From Geosiphon pyriformis uo1 (Eukaryota; Fungi; Glomeromycota): a stretch of 64,000 bases of DNA. The stretch is from the NCBI GenBank assembly GCA_016748015.1, contig JAAOMT010000563.1, positions 475,504 to 539,503 on the forward strand, given 5' to 3'. The translations under genes were made by a program, and so were the position numbers. This document shows, piece after piece, positions 1 to 11,000 of this stretch. The number at the start of each line of letters is the position of its first letter. The stretch's first letter is position 1. Below the pieces are notes generated by a model. It worked only from the letters and a program-made list of their open reading frames with translations, searched no databases and was not told the DNA's origin.

Positions 1-495
1 AAAGCGTTCTATAATACACATGTGGCAGTAGAATCAGGTTGTTATTGCGTATTCCTCATCATTGCCACAGCATGCACCCATTGATGACAATTTCTTGTCA
101 CAATCAACACATATCAGCTTTGGTTAATGATAGCTCAATAATAGTGGTGGTGTGTATGTATAAGGGATATAACTGACAGTTGGTAGTGGTTCCTCTTTCT
201 TCATTTTTCTTTTCTCTTTTTCTTTCTTATCCCATTCCCAAATTGGTGGTTCTTTTAAGTCATGGTCAGTGTCTCAGACTTGGTCTGTGTTCCAAGTAGG
301 TTCTGTTCTCTTCTGTTTTTCTTTGCTATTATCGTCTCATAAGAGTATTGGTAGTAGCTCATTGTGTTTTTTGTCGGTCCACAAGACTTGATATGCTTCT
401 CAAATAGGTTTTGGTTTTTCTTTTTTGAGGTCAATTAGTGGTGCTGTGGTGTTGATAGCTTTGAAGTAACCACACATTGCTGGTACTCGCGTGTG

Positions 496-840
496 TTAAC
501 TATTCTGGCTGAATACTAGTTCTTGAGTCATCCAATCAAGCATGGCATTGGTTTTGAATAGCCAGTTATTATTAATTAATGCTTGGTATTGGGTGGCTTT
601 TATCACCAGAACTTTGATGAGTACTACAATGCCATTGACTTCAATTGAGAAGTCATTGATTTCACCAATTGAGGTTTTGGTGGCTTCATCCACAGTGATA
701 ATCCTGGTGCTGGCAGTGTGATCAATTTGGTGACCTAATTGATTCATGAGTTGTCATGTGATGATGCTGCCTGCTGAACCACTGTCAAGGATTAATTTGA
801 TGGAGTAGCCATTGACTTTGGTGTCAGTGTACATGGCCAT
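496..840 (-). pseudogene. Retroviral-type aspartic protease domain (interrupted by TGA)
   Basis: Translation AMYTDTKVNGYSIKLILDSGSAGSIIT*QLMNQLG...QALINNNWL contains the DSG catalytic motif and a decayed flap/LLGxDWL region. Confidence 0.85.
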
Positions 841-1332
841 GATCAGTTTTTTTTCAAGAGCTGCTCCACTGAATAATGGCATATCTGATGGTTTCTCAAG
901 TTTGAATAGAAAGATGACATCCAAAGATTTATTTTCGGTGATTGTAGCAGGTGAGATATTATTGATAAGTGGTTGTTATTGTTCGATTCTCTGATTGCTA
1001 GATGTGGTGTTTTCTGGAGTTACCAAAAGACTTAAATAGTGTTGGGAATTTGGGTTTTGGGTGAGACTGGTGCCTGAATTCCACTAACAAGATCCTGATT
1101 GTTGGTGGAAAGAGCTGGGGATTGGTTGATATACAACTATCGCCAATCTCCAGTTTTGGGTGCTTCTTGATCTTAAGTTCTCTGATGTCATTTGAGCTGG
1201 GTTTGCTGGTGGTGTTTGAATGGTGGGTGTTTGATAGATTGCTGGTGGCTGTGATTAATATATTACTTGTGGCTGCACCTGATAAATTGCTTGTGGTGGT
1301 GGTTGATAAACTGGAGTTTGATAAACTGGCAG

Positions 1333-3260
1333 TTAATAAATTGGTTGATGTGTCATAGACAGATAAGTGGGTTGGTATTGGTCTTGATTCAGGTAATAGT
1401 TCGGAGTCTGAAACTGGTAATTGGGGTTTCTATATTGATTTCCCAATCGTAGATTGCTATAAGTATGGCAGTTGGCTCTGATGTGCTCTTGTTTACCACA
1501 GTTGTGGCAGACGTGCATCTCTGGCTGCCATAACTGATTGGATGACGACAATGGATATGACTGATTTTGGAAACAATTCATATTTCCCTGATTGTTATGC
1601 CGTTGAGGAGGTTGATAAATTGTGCAATTGTTAGCTAAGTATTTCTCTAATTTCTGATTAATTGAATTACTGAATTGCTTCAATTTGGAATCCAATTCAG
1701 ATGATACATTCATTGCTAGATTCACAGCTTGAATGTGATTAGCTTGAATGTGATTAGCTTCTAGTTCAGCTGCTTCAAAATCTCTGGCGTATGTGACTGC
1801 AGTTAGAAAGTCCACTGGGTGTATTGGACATATTTGTTGTAAGATGCTACTGCACAATCCTCTAATAAATTGATTTAAAATCTGTGGTGCTGTGAAATAG
1901 TCGGCTTGAATGGCTTGTATTTAGTGTAGATTTCTATAGAAGCATCCCAAGTAGGTAGTGACTGCTTCAGTGTCTTTTTGTTTGATTGTTGTAAAGGTGT
2001 TGGCTAATTTTTTGATACTATTATTGTTGCTAAAGTACTGCAAAAATTCAGTTTTGAATCCATTAAAATTTTGGGATTTAACAGTGAGACTTTGATACCA
2101 TGCATCAGCAGTATCCTGAAGAAAGTAAGAGATTGCTTGTATCACTTTAGCATCATCCCAATTATTAGCTGTAATGGCTTTGGCTACATCATTTAACCAG
2201 ACTTGGACATTGTTTTCTTTACTGTTGAATTTGTCGAGTTTTGTGATGAGTGTGTAAGCCATTTGTTGTTGTTGTAATGGTGGAAGTTGTTGTTGTTGTT
2301 AAGACAGTACTGGTGATGGTTGTTGATTTTGTTGGTTTTGTGGTTGGATGGGCTGACCAATTGGTTCAATGAGTAGTTAATCAATGATAATAACTGGAGG
2401 TAAATATTGATTAATTACTTCGGGATTTGGATTGTTCTGATTTGGTGGTATTTGAATATTTAGAGTGTTATTTTCCTGATTGTCTAAATTTGGCTGGGTT
2501 TGAAAGTTTGGAGTTTCACTTTCTGGGTTTTCTAGGATCAGGTTTTGGTAAGTAAATTTGTGATTCTCAGATTCTTCTTCCTTTTCTACTTCTTGTCCTC
2601 CTTCTGATTCAGTAATTTCTCATGAACTTGTGGTTCTGAAATTCGGTTGAGGTGGCGGTGATCAAAATCCTGATGGCATTGGTAATTGAGATTTAAATCC
2701 TTCATAATATTTGCCATATGGTCCTAGTAAATCCTCTTTTTTTTGTTTAGTTTGAAATGGGAAACATCCAAATGTTGATGTCATGTTTGATGCAGATGTG
2801 TCTGTTAATAATATATTAATAGCACTTTCAGGGGTATAATGGTAGAATGGGTTGTTTGGTAACTCAACTCTAGTTTTCTTCTAAGTAAATGGTTGTATCC
2901 TTTGAGGTGTTACTGCTGGTGTTTGTAGTTTTCCTTTGTTTTTATTTGTGTAAGTAATTGGGTATCTTTGCTGTATGTGGTGTTCAATTTTTTTGTTGAT
3001 CTTAGTGATGATGAATGCGAAATTATAATTTGTGGGTAGGCTGGTGTTTTGAATTAATTTGTTGTAAAAAGTTTCTTTCACTGATTTAATATTCACGGAT
3101 GTTCTCAACAGATAGGCAATCTTTTTGTTGACATAGAAATTGAAAGCTGATTTTGCTGATATGTGATTATGGGTTAATTCCAAATGTTGACAGTAATATT
3201 GAAATAAAGATTTCACAAATCCTAGATGGTTTGCTCTGACATTTTCTGATTCTGCCATTT
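1333..3260 (-). pseudogene. gag: Gypsy gag (capsid-like domain plus CX2CX4HX4C nucleocapsid knuckle), broken by stops
   Basis: ORF-track pieces 2881-3318, 1921-2262 and 1333-1857 are collinear; knuckle at ~1470-1510. Confidence 0.8.
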
Positions 3261-3300
3261 TTGGATGGAGTTGTTGGTACTGGTTCTCTGTAAAATTATA

Positions 3301-3317
3301 TCTTACAAGGAGCACCA
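3301..3317 (-). promoter_or_regulatory. Putative primer-binding site
   Basis: Minus strand TGGTGCTCCTTGTAAGA begins 2 nt after the inferred LTR end and just upstream of gag; TGG-start is the canonical PBS form complementary to a tRNA 3' CCA end. Confidence 0.6.
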
Positions 3318-3319
3318 AA

Positions 3320-4097
3320 TATTATGAGTGATTATTTGGGATGTTGAATCAAATAACAAACCCGTAACTTGGTGCTAAAAGTTATTTGCATTGATGTTAT
3401 TAATCTGAAGGTTTTGTATCTAAAGGTTTTAGGTTGAGTTCTTGTATAATAGACAGAGATTCAATAGTTGTTTTATCTGTAGCTTCTCAGAATCGCAATT
3501 CTGTCAATTCTTCTCTTGGCATGATGGCCAGCAATCCTCTAGTAAGTATTCTGTATCTTCTGTACATGTCCTACTCTCTCGCAGAGGTCTTTTACCAGGC
3601 AATCCTTGATGTCAGTAATCTAGTGCTTTATTCAACCAATTAGTGCACAACAATAAAATCAAAATAAAATAAAAAAAAGAAATAAAAAAAAATTATAAAT
3701 AAACCAAGGTGATTTTGCAAGTCAATATCTCATTAATAGCCATGATCAAGAGCTATTGTTCCAGTGTGTTTAAGTATCAATTACTATTAACATAGAGTGT
3801 TGATAGTGGAATTAGGTTTGAGATACCAAATAGTTATTTATTGTGTTTGGAAGGTTGTTTAGATGAAATTTAAACTTGATGGTCTTTTTTTTTTAGCTTC
3901 TAATCTTACTGTTATATATACATAATTAAGATTCCTCAATTCCTCAATTCTTCACAACAGAAATCTTGGAATTTCTGGAATCCTGCAATTTTTTGTGAGA
4001 ATTCTGTAATTCCTGGAATCCTGCAATTCTTGAGAAGAATCTTGGAATTCCACATTTTATTATGTTTACTTCTGATTGGCTAATAATTATGCTAATA
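3320..4097 (-). repeat. Putative 5' LTR (~778 bp)
   Basis: Minus-strand termini TATTA...TAATA equal canonical TGTTA...TAACA with one transition each. CCAAT (~4075), short GAA/TTC-rich repeats (3930-4050) and a TATA-like run (~3914-3921) lie in U3-like order. The partner LTR is not in the window. Confidence 0.55.
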
Positions 4098-4134
4098 TAT
4101 ATTCTCTATATTTCTATGAGTAATACCTAATGTC

Positions 4135-5931
4135 ATGGTTGATTCGTTTACAGGTCCTCTGAGTTTGAAAGATATTGGTAGTGCTGGCATCAAACCTGTG
4201 GTGTTCTGGAGTAGCAAAGTTGACAGCATTGCCAGCAGCATAAGCAATCTGTCAAATGTTGAGAAAATGGCAAACATAGTAGCCAAAGAGACCAGCTATG
4301 TGGAATCTGGTAAGAACGACAGTATGGACAAAGCTATACCAAGGAAAATCTGCACTCAAACATACGTGTTAGGAAATCTGTCAAAGCAACCTTTTTTTAA
4401 CTATATGAGCGATGATAATAATGAGCTGGTACTTCCTTCTAGTATGATTTTAAAACCCAATGAGCTGCTCCCAATTAAATCACATGCCATGGAAAAATGA
4501 AGCTTCAATTTGTCAAAGTCTTTTGTACTTGACATTGAACTTTTAGCTGTGTCTGGTAAGACTGTTGGTAATAAGTTAATCTGTATGAAAAAATTTTTTT
4601 ATTGAATAGATGGTTTTGGAGGAACTTCTACTCTCTCAAAATTCTCAGGGATCATCTGATCTTTATTTACCTCTGAATTTAGCTTGAATAAGGCAAAGGA
4701 ATTGGCAATCTGTGAGAAAATTGTGATGAATAATAATCTCAAAAAGATTAGCAATTATTCAGATAAGGAAATTGTTGTTAAGGAGATTCCAGTCAATCTT
4801 CTCAGATCAGTTATAGAATCCGTTTTTTCCAAGTTTGGAAAGATTGTATCAATCAAGATACAGTTGATTGGTCTGTGGCAAAAGGCATTAGTGGAGTTCG
4901 AGTCATCTGAGATAGCTAATTTGGTCGCAGTTAAATAGTCAGTTTATATGGGAAAGGATTCTGTTTGTGTGACAAAAGCTGTTGATAATAAACATTTGTG
5001 AATTTCCAGGGATCTCCATTGGACATTGCTGTATACTCTTTTAGTTGGTACAACAGCTTATGATCTTTCAGATTTGTTGGAATCATATGGTAGAAAAACT
5101 TGTTTCATTGGCCATAATCTCATTTCGTATGTGCATAATAGATGTGCAATTGTGTGTTTTGTTGATGAGGCATTCAAATTGGCTGCTATTGGTTCCACTC
5201 CGGTGTTTAAGGATGTGAATTTGCACTGGGCTGGCTTTTCTTTGGCCTGTTGTGCTTATTGTAAACAGTTTGGTCATATCTTTGCAGAGTGTTCATTGGA
5301 TGAGAATTCTGGTATTTGCAGCAAGTAGATGGTAACTCCTCAGGATCAGGTCTATTTGGCAAACATATATAAGAAGAAGCAAGCACCAATTGTTCGCCCA
5401 GTTTCTTTTGGTGAGAAAACTTGGGCCCAAATCACAGGTGGTTTTTCTTTTCATAAGGTTTCATTGAATTTTTCTGGTGTTGGCTTATCTTCAGATGCAA
5501 AATCTGTCCCATCAGTTTCTGACTCTCATGGTGATTTCTGTTTGGCTGAGCAATTGGCTTCTCTGGAATGCTCTTTGGAGCTTTTAGCGAACTAGGTTTC
5601 AGATATTTTGAAAAAATTGAGTTTTGTGGAATTGGTGTCTCTGGCATCCAGTCTCCATATATCTCCTCTGGTTGTTGTTGCATCTGTTATTGCTAATATG
5701 AATTTGGATATGACTCTTGATGATATAACAGTGTCTTTTTCTCCCCCTCTTTCAGCTGTTGCTGGTTTAGTTGTTGACCTAAGCTCAAATAGTTCTAAAG
5801 TTTTGACCACCAAGGTGGGTGGATTGGAGTCTAAAATGGTGGCTTTAGAGGTGTTGGTGGAATCTGTTTTAAAGAGGTTGAATTATTTGTGCTCAGGTTT
5901 GGGTTTGTTAATTTCTTTTGCTCCCCAATGA
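4135..5931 (+). pseudogene. LINE ORF1 (RRM-like region, CCHC knuckle, C-terminal coiled-coil-like segment)
   Basis: IVVKEIPVN..IESVFSKFGKIVSIKI..KALVEF (RRM-like); CAYCKQFGHIFAEC; LTTKVGGLESKMVALEVLVESVL; internal stops. Confidence 0.8.
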
Positions 5932-8900
5932 GTGACTTTGTGTGGAAATTTGCAACATGTAATGTTCATGGTATCAATGTCCCTACCAAGTAGGAGAATG
6001 TTGTTTGTTGGCATAGGGATTCTGAGAATTTGGTTTCAATCATTATGGAAACAAAGTTGAGGTCTAGCAATAGGCCTTGAATTAGAGATAAGTTCAATGA
6101 AATTAAGGTTTTTTCATCTGGATTAGACAAAAAATTTCTTGGTGTTAGAGTCACAATTATCATGAACACTTCTCTAGCTCATCATGTTTGTAAGGTTTCT
6201 GAGGTGCTGGGTTGGCTCTTATCAGTCAAGTTGCTATTCAAGAATAAACTTTCTGTGTCTATTTTGGGGCTTTATGCTGGGGCATCTCTGGCTGCTCGTT
6301 TTTTTCAGGCTAATGTTATCAATTCTATGATTGCTAAGGCAGTTAATGAATTCTTATTTGTTGTTTTGGGTGGCGACTTCAATGAAAATGGCTTTCGAAA
6401 GAGTGCTAGTTTCAGAAAGTGTTTAGATTTTGGTTTAGTCAATTCTTTGGGTGAAAGTTCTTTTGTCAAAATGCTCACATGGACTAACTTTTGAGGCATG
6501 GTTAAAACTATTGATTTTTTGTTCATTTCTTCGAATTTGGCTAATGCAGTAGTGGGTCCCAATGTATTTGATGTTGAAAAATTTTTTGATACTGACCATC
6601 AGACTGTGTCTGTGAGTTTGGGTGGGCTTTTGGATGCATGGTTGAACTTTCTTCGCAAGCAAGCAAATAGAGACTGATGGAAGTTTGATTTTAAGGGTGC
6701 TAATAAAACTAAATGGAAAAATTTTGAAAATGCTATGTCAGCAAATGCTGTGATGTTTTCAGACAAGTTTGCTGTCTCTGTTAATTTCTTGGATTTAGAT
6801 GCAATATAAGATGTTGTTCGTAAAATTATGGTTCTCTTGGCTAATGAGATGTTCAAAAAAAAGTGGTTTAAGAGCTTTGATGATGTTTTTACCAAAGAAT
6901 CTTCGAGATATCACAAATTGGAGCTGTTAATTTCCAAAATAGTTAAAGCTTTATGTAAAAAAAGTGTTGTGAATTTTGAATCTCTTATGAAGTGCTGGGT
7001 TTATTTGGACAGTGTTGGGGCTTTGGCCATCCAAAACATTGTGAATTCTGGTGCAGGCTATAGTCAGATTCATTCTGCTCTTTGTAGTGCTAGAAAAGCT
7101 TATCACACATCCAAACTTGCTGAATCTTGTAGGGCTAAGAAAGCAACCATTAGAGCTGCTATAGATAAAAGAATGGAAAGCTTTAAGGTTCATAAGGGTT
7201 ATACTATTAGGAGTGTGCTAGAGTGCTCATTTCGTAAAGTGGTACTCGACCATCTGGTTGTTGATAATGAACTTGTCTTGGAATTCAATTTGGTTAAATC
7301 TAAGGTTAATGTCATCATGGAAGATTGAACTAAAAAGCATCGAGAAGTTGATAACATCTTTAGTTATTGGTGTTGTTAATATTAACCTTTGGAGTATGTT
7401 TTTGATGAAGCTTTTTTAGGTGTTATGTGTTCTATTAAGTTTAATAAGCTGTTTGGAGTGGTTTCTTTTTTGTCTAATGGTAAAGCTGTTGGTCTCTCGT
7501 GTATATTGAATAAGTTTTGGAAACATTGTGATAAAGCTGTCCTGGATATGCTTTTAGTGTTTTTGAATTTCTGTTTGTCTAATGAGTCTGTACCTGGTTC
7601 TTAAAAAGAGGCCTGGGTCTCAATGATTACCAAACCATATGAATGGGAGGGTGTTCTTACAAATACTCAATCTATTGCTTTAATTGAGACAGCTCATAAA
7701 ATTCTCTCCAAGATTCTATCAGATAGGATTTTGTTGGCATATAGCACTTTTGATATTCTTTGTGGGGACAATTTTTCTGTTTTGAAAGATATATCAACTT
7801 AGTCTCCTATTTTTGCAATTGATTTGGTTATTAAGGATGCTTTGGAGAAGAATCAAGAGCTTTGGTTGGTTTTACAAGATATGAAGAAGGCATATGATTC
7901 GGTTGGCTGGAAACATCTCAAAAAAAGTTTAGTTAGAATTAAGATGTGCAGCAAGTTTATATGTTTTTTTGGCAGTATTCATAAGGATCACACCAATTGT
8001 GTTATAACAGATTTTGGTTTAACAGGTGGCTATCGAGTACATAATGGTCTGGACTAGGAAAAAGTCTTTTCCTCTCTACTGTAGCACATATTCTATAACC
8101 CTCTATTATGTAAAATCAAACATTAGGAGAGTATGTGTAGGTATAGGTTGAATTCTTATTTTGTTTCCAAAAATGGTCGCGCTGAATCTTGGGCTGAACT
8201 TTCTTTTTTTTTTGCTGCTAGCACTTTTGTTGATGATACAATTTGAGTTGGTAACAGTTAAAATGCCACTCAACACATTTTTGATGTTGCTAGTGAATTT
8301 TTTCGGATAAATGACATTTTTATAAATAATAACAAAACAGTGGCCATTTCCATCAATAGCAGGGTCAGCAATCCATCTCTTTCTATCAGTGGCTTGCCGA
8401 TTTCTATTGCCAAAAAGGGTGAACCTTATTGGTATTTAGGTATTTTTCTTTCAACTAAGGGTTTCTCGAAGCCTAGTTTAGCTAAGGCGAATTCAGATGT
8501 TTGTTTTTTTACCAATCTGGTTCTGCAGAAGGCTGTTTCAGATAAACAGCTCTTGTATTTGGTTTCGGCAGTTTTCCATTCTATAGTTAGCTATAAAACA
8601 CAGTTTAGCTTTGTTTCTGTTGGAGTGTATAACAAGTGGGTTGCTCTTATTTGCAAGGGCTTGAAGCTTAAATCTGGCTTACTGCTCAATTTTTCCAGTA
8701 ATACAATTCACTATTCTTCTTTTTATAGTTTGAAATTTTTCTCCCAAGTTTAGTTTGAAAGTAAGGTTGCCTCTTTTGTTAGTTTTGCAAACTTTGGTGG
8801 TGTTGTGGGTCACTTATTTTCTTATAGGTCCTATGACTTGCAAGTTTTGTGTTGGTGCCCTGTTCATCTGTTGAGTTCTCCTGTTCGTATTCACATTAGT

Positions 8901-10604
8901 GCTTCTAATAATTTCTTGGCAGGCATAGTTCATGTTCTTCTTGACTGCAACCTATCTCTGGATGGCTCTTTGGTTACTCTTTTTCAATTCCACAGTGAAA
9001 TTCTAATGTCTGCTGTTCTGGGTGAGTCAAAGTTTCTCAGGTTTCTTCTTTCTCTTTGGCAGCACAGTATTGCCTTTGTTGACCAACTTTGTGATCATCA
9101 TGGTGCTATATTTAATTGGTATACTTTCAAGTGTTGGAAGAGATTAGACTCTTGTGGCTCTGTTCCTGAATGGTTCAAGCTTTCTGTTACATTTCTCAAT
9201 AGTGTGGGCTTTTTTTCTGCTCTCCTCTCATTTTTATGTGGTGTTGGCCCTTTAAACATTCTTGAATCTAGTAACTTTGTGTCTGTTTGCGATCATCTCT
9301 TGTAAACTGGTGTTAGCAGCTTGTCAGTATACATGGATGGGTTCCTTAGTGATTTGGGCACAGCCAGCTGTAGAGCTGGTGCTGCCGCATATTTTGAAGA
9401 CATTGGTTTGGGTTTGGGTATTTGTGTATCGGATTTGATGTTATTCACTTTGGCAGAGTTGCAAGCTATTGCACTGGCTTTAGAGTGTGTTTTCCCATTG
9501 AGCTCTGTTCTACTTTTTTTGGATAGTCAATCTGCTTTAGATGCTTGTAAATTGGAATTGAGTCTGGTGCATCCTGACTTTCATAATCAATGTTGAGTCA
9601 AGCATTGTTATATAGTTAATGTTATTTGCAGTAAGAATTTGGAGATCAGCTGACATAAGATGAAGGATCACTCTGGCATCTCAGGTAATGATTGTGCTGG
9701 CAAAATTGCTGGTGCTGCGTCTCTTTCTAATTGGTGTTTTTCTTCCCGCCTGGATGATCACTTCTTAATTGCTGATGGTGGAATTGTTTCTGGCAACTCC
9801 AGACATTTTGTTCATGATATTTATCATTCAGTTTGTCATGCATGCTGGGAGGTTGGATCTGGTTCTAAGTTTTTGGCTAGTTGTTTGCTCTCAGAGGTTA
9901 ATTGGGTTTGCTTATCATTGGTGTAGTATTCTGATTCGCATATGGCTGCCAGTTTTACCAGCAAACTCTTGGCTGATGCACGCACTTATTTTATGAAAGC
10001 TTTGCACTACCAGCTGCTTGTTCAGAAGCATCTTTATAGTAGACTGTATTTTAGTGTGTTGTACTTTTATTGTGATAAGGTGGAGGTATTGGATCATGTG
10101 TTTTCTTGTAAGGTTGATGAATCTGCTTAGCAGTGTTTATTGGAATCTCATATGAGCTCCTGGATGGCGGTTTCTGGTTTTTTTCATTTCTCTTTAGGTG
10201 TGTTGTAGCAGTTGTCATTCTGTGTTTTTGATTCTTCTGTGTCCATGGCTCTTTTTAAAGGTTTTGTTTTTGATGGCTGGTTTTGCGAAGCTGTATCTAT
10301 TTTTTGTGATCCCAAGGTTACCAGTTTGAAAGTTGTCAAATTTATGCATTCTTTTGGTCTTGCTTTTAGGACTGATATTTGGTCAGTTTGTGCTAAGTAT
10401 TGTGCTTATATGAAAAAAAATGGGTTGATTTCTCTTGATGGCTCGACTTTCATCTTAGTCTCTGGTTTGGCTTCGAGGTTTTCTGCTGGTGTGGTCAAAT
10501 TGCTTGGCATTGCTGATGGTTTTGGTATTCATTTTGGCTTTTGCAAATCTAGTTTGTTCTTTTCTGGTTTAGATGATCCAGTTTCAGTTTATATAGCTGC
10601 GTAG
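5928..10604 (+). pseudogene. LINE ORF2: AP endonuclease - reverse transcriptase - RNase H - CCHC finger
   Basis: APE: FATCNVHG, LGGDFNE, IDFLF, TDH. RT: LQDMKKAYDSV, GLD*EKVFS (GLDQG), FVDD at 8226-8237, YLGIFL. RNase H: VYMDG, AELQAIALAL, LDSQSAL, HSGISGND. Numerous premature stops. Confidence 0.92.
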
Positions 10605-11000
10605 TGTTGTCTTGATTAGCTTGAATGACTGGTCATGTGTAGAAAGTGCATGATTTACACTTAGTTTAGATTATTTCTTTGATGTATAGCACTAGGTTGT
10701 GTTTGGACCTCACTCATTAAATAAATAAATAAATAAATAAAAAATTTTAAATTAAATATAAATTATATACTTTTATATATAATATAGTATATTTTTAAAG
10801 ACTTTTTTCTCTCTTATATCTACAAATCCTCAAAAAGTGCTTTTTTTGATAAAGAAGTTTTTTATTTTTTCTTGTTAGTATTTCACAATTTTTTTTTCTA
10901 ATAACCCATTTTTCGTGGATCTGGAGGCTGCTTTTAGTAGTAACATATCTAAAAAAAGACACCAAAGAGTGCTTTTCATGGTCCTGCTGGTGGCTTCTTT

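Larger units (their letters stand above)
1..4097 (-). mobile_element. Ty3/Gypsy LTR retrotransposon, decayed 5' half (LTR, PBS, gag, protease); runs off the window start
   Basis: Minus strand has a retrotransposon gag-like segment (KLDKF..NVQVWLNDVAKAITANNW..AISYFLQDTADAWYQ), a CCHC knuckle CHNCGKQEHIRANC and the aspartic protease motif KLILDSGSAGSII, in that order downstream of a PBS and LTR; many in-frame stops. Confidence 0.85.
4100..10743 (+). mobile_element. Non-LTR retrotransposon (LINE) copy 1, near full length, decayed
   Basis: ORF1 remnants, ORF2 APE/RT/RNase H/CCHC remnants, short 3' UTR and (TAAA)n tail at 10718-10743. The 5' boundary is approximate. Confidence 0.92.

Noticed and set aside
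812-1452. Plus-strand ORFs 812-994, 1122-1358, 1267-1452 (and similar antisense ORFs over the LINEs)
   Set aside because: Shadow frames opposite gag/pol or ORF2 with no independent motifs.
3930-4050. CRISPR-like short repeats
   Set aside because: Repeats are irregular, lack unique spacers and cas genes, and lie inside an inferred eukaryotic LTR.
5928-10604. Alternative genetic code or stop readthrough explaining the many in-frame stops
   Set aside because: All three stop types occur, at different positions in different copies, together with missense transitions and frameshifts; intact genes (HSP20, OTU) use the standard code.
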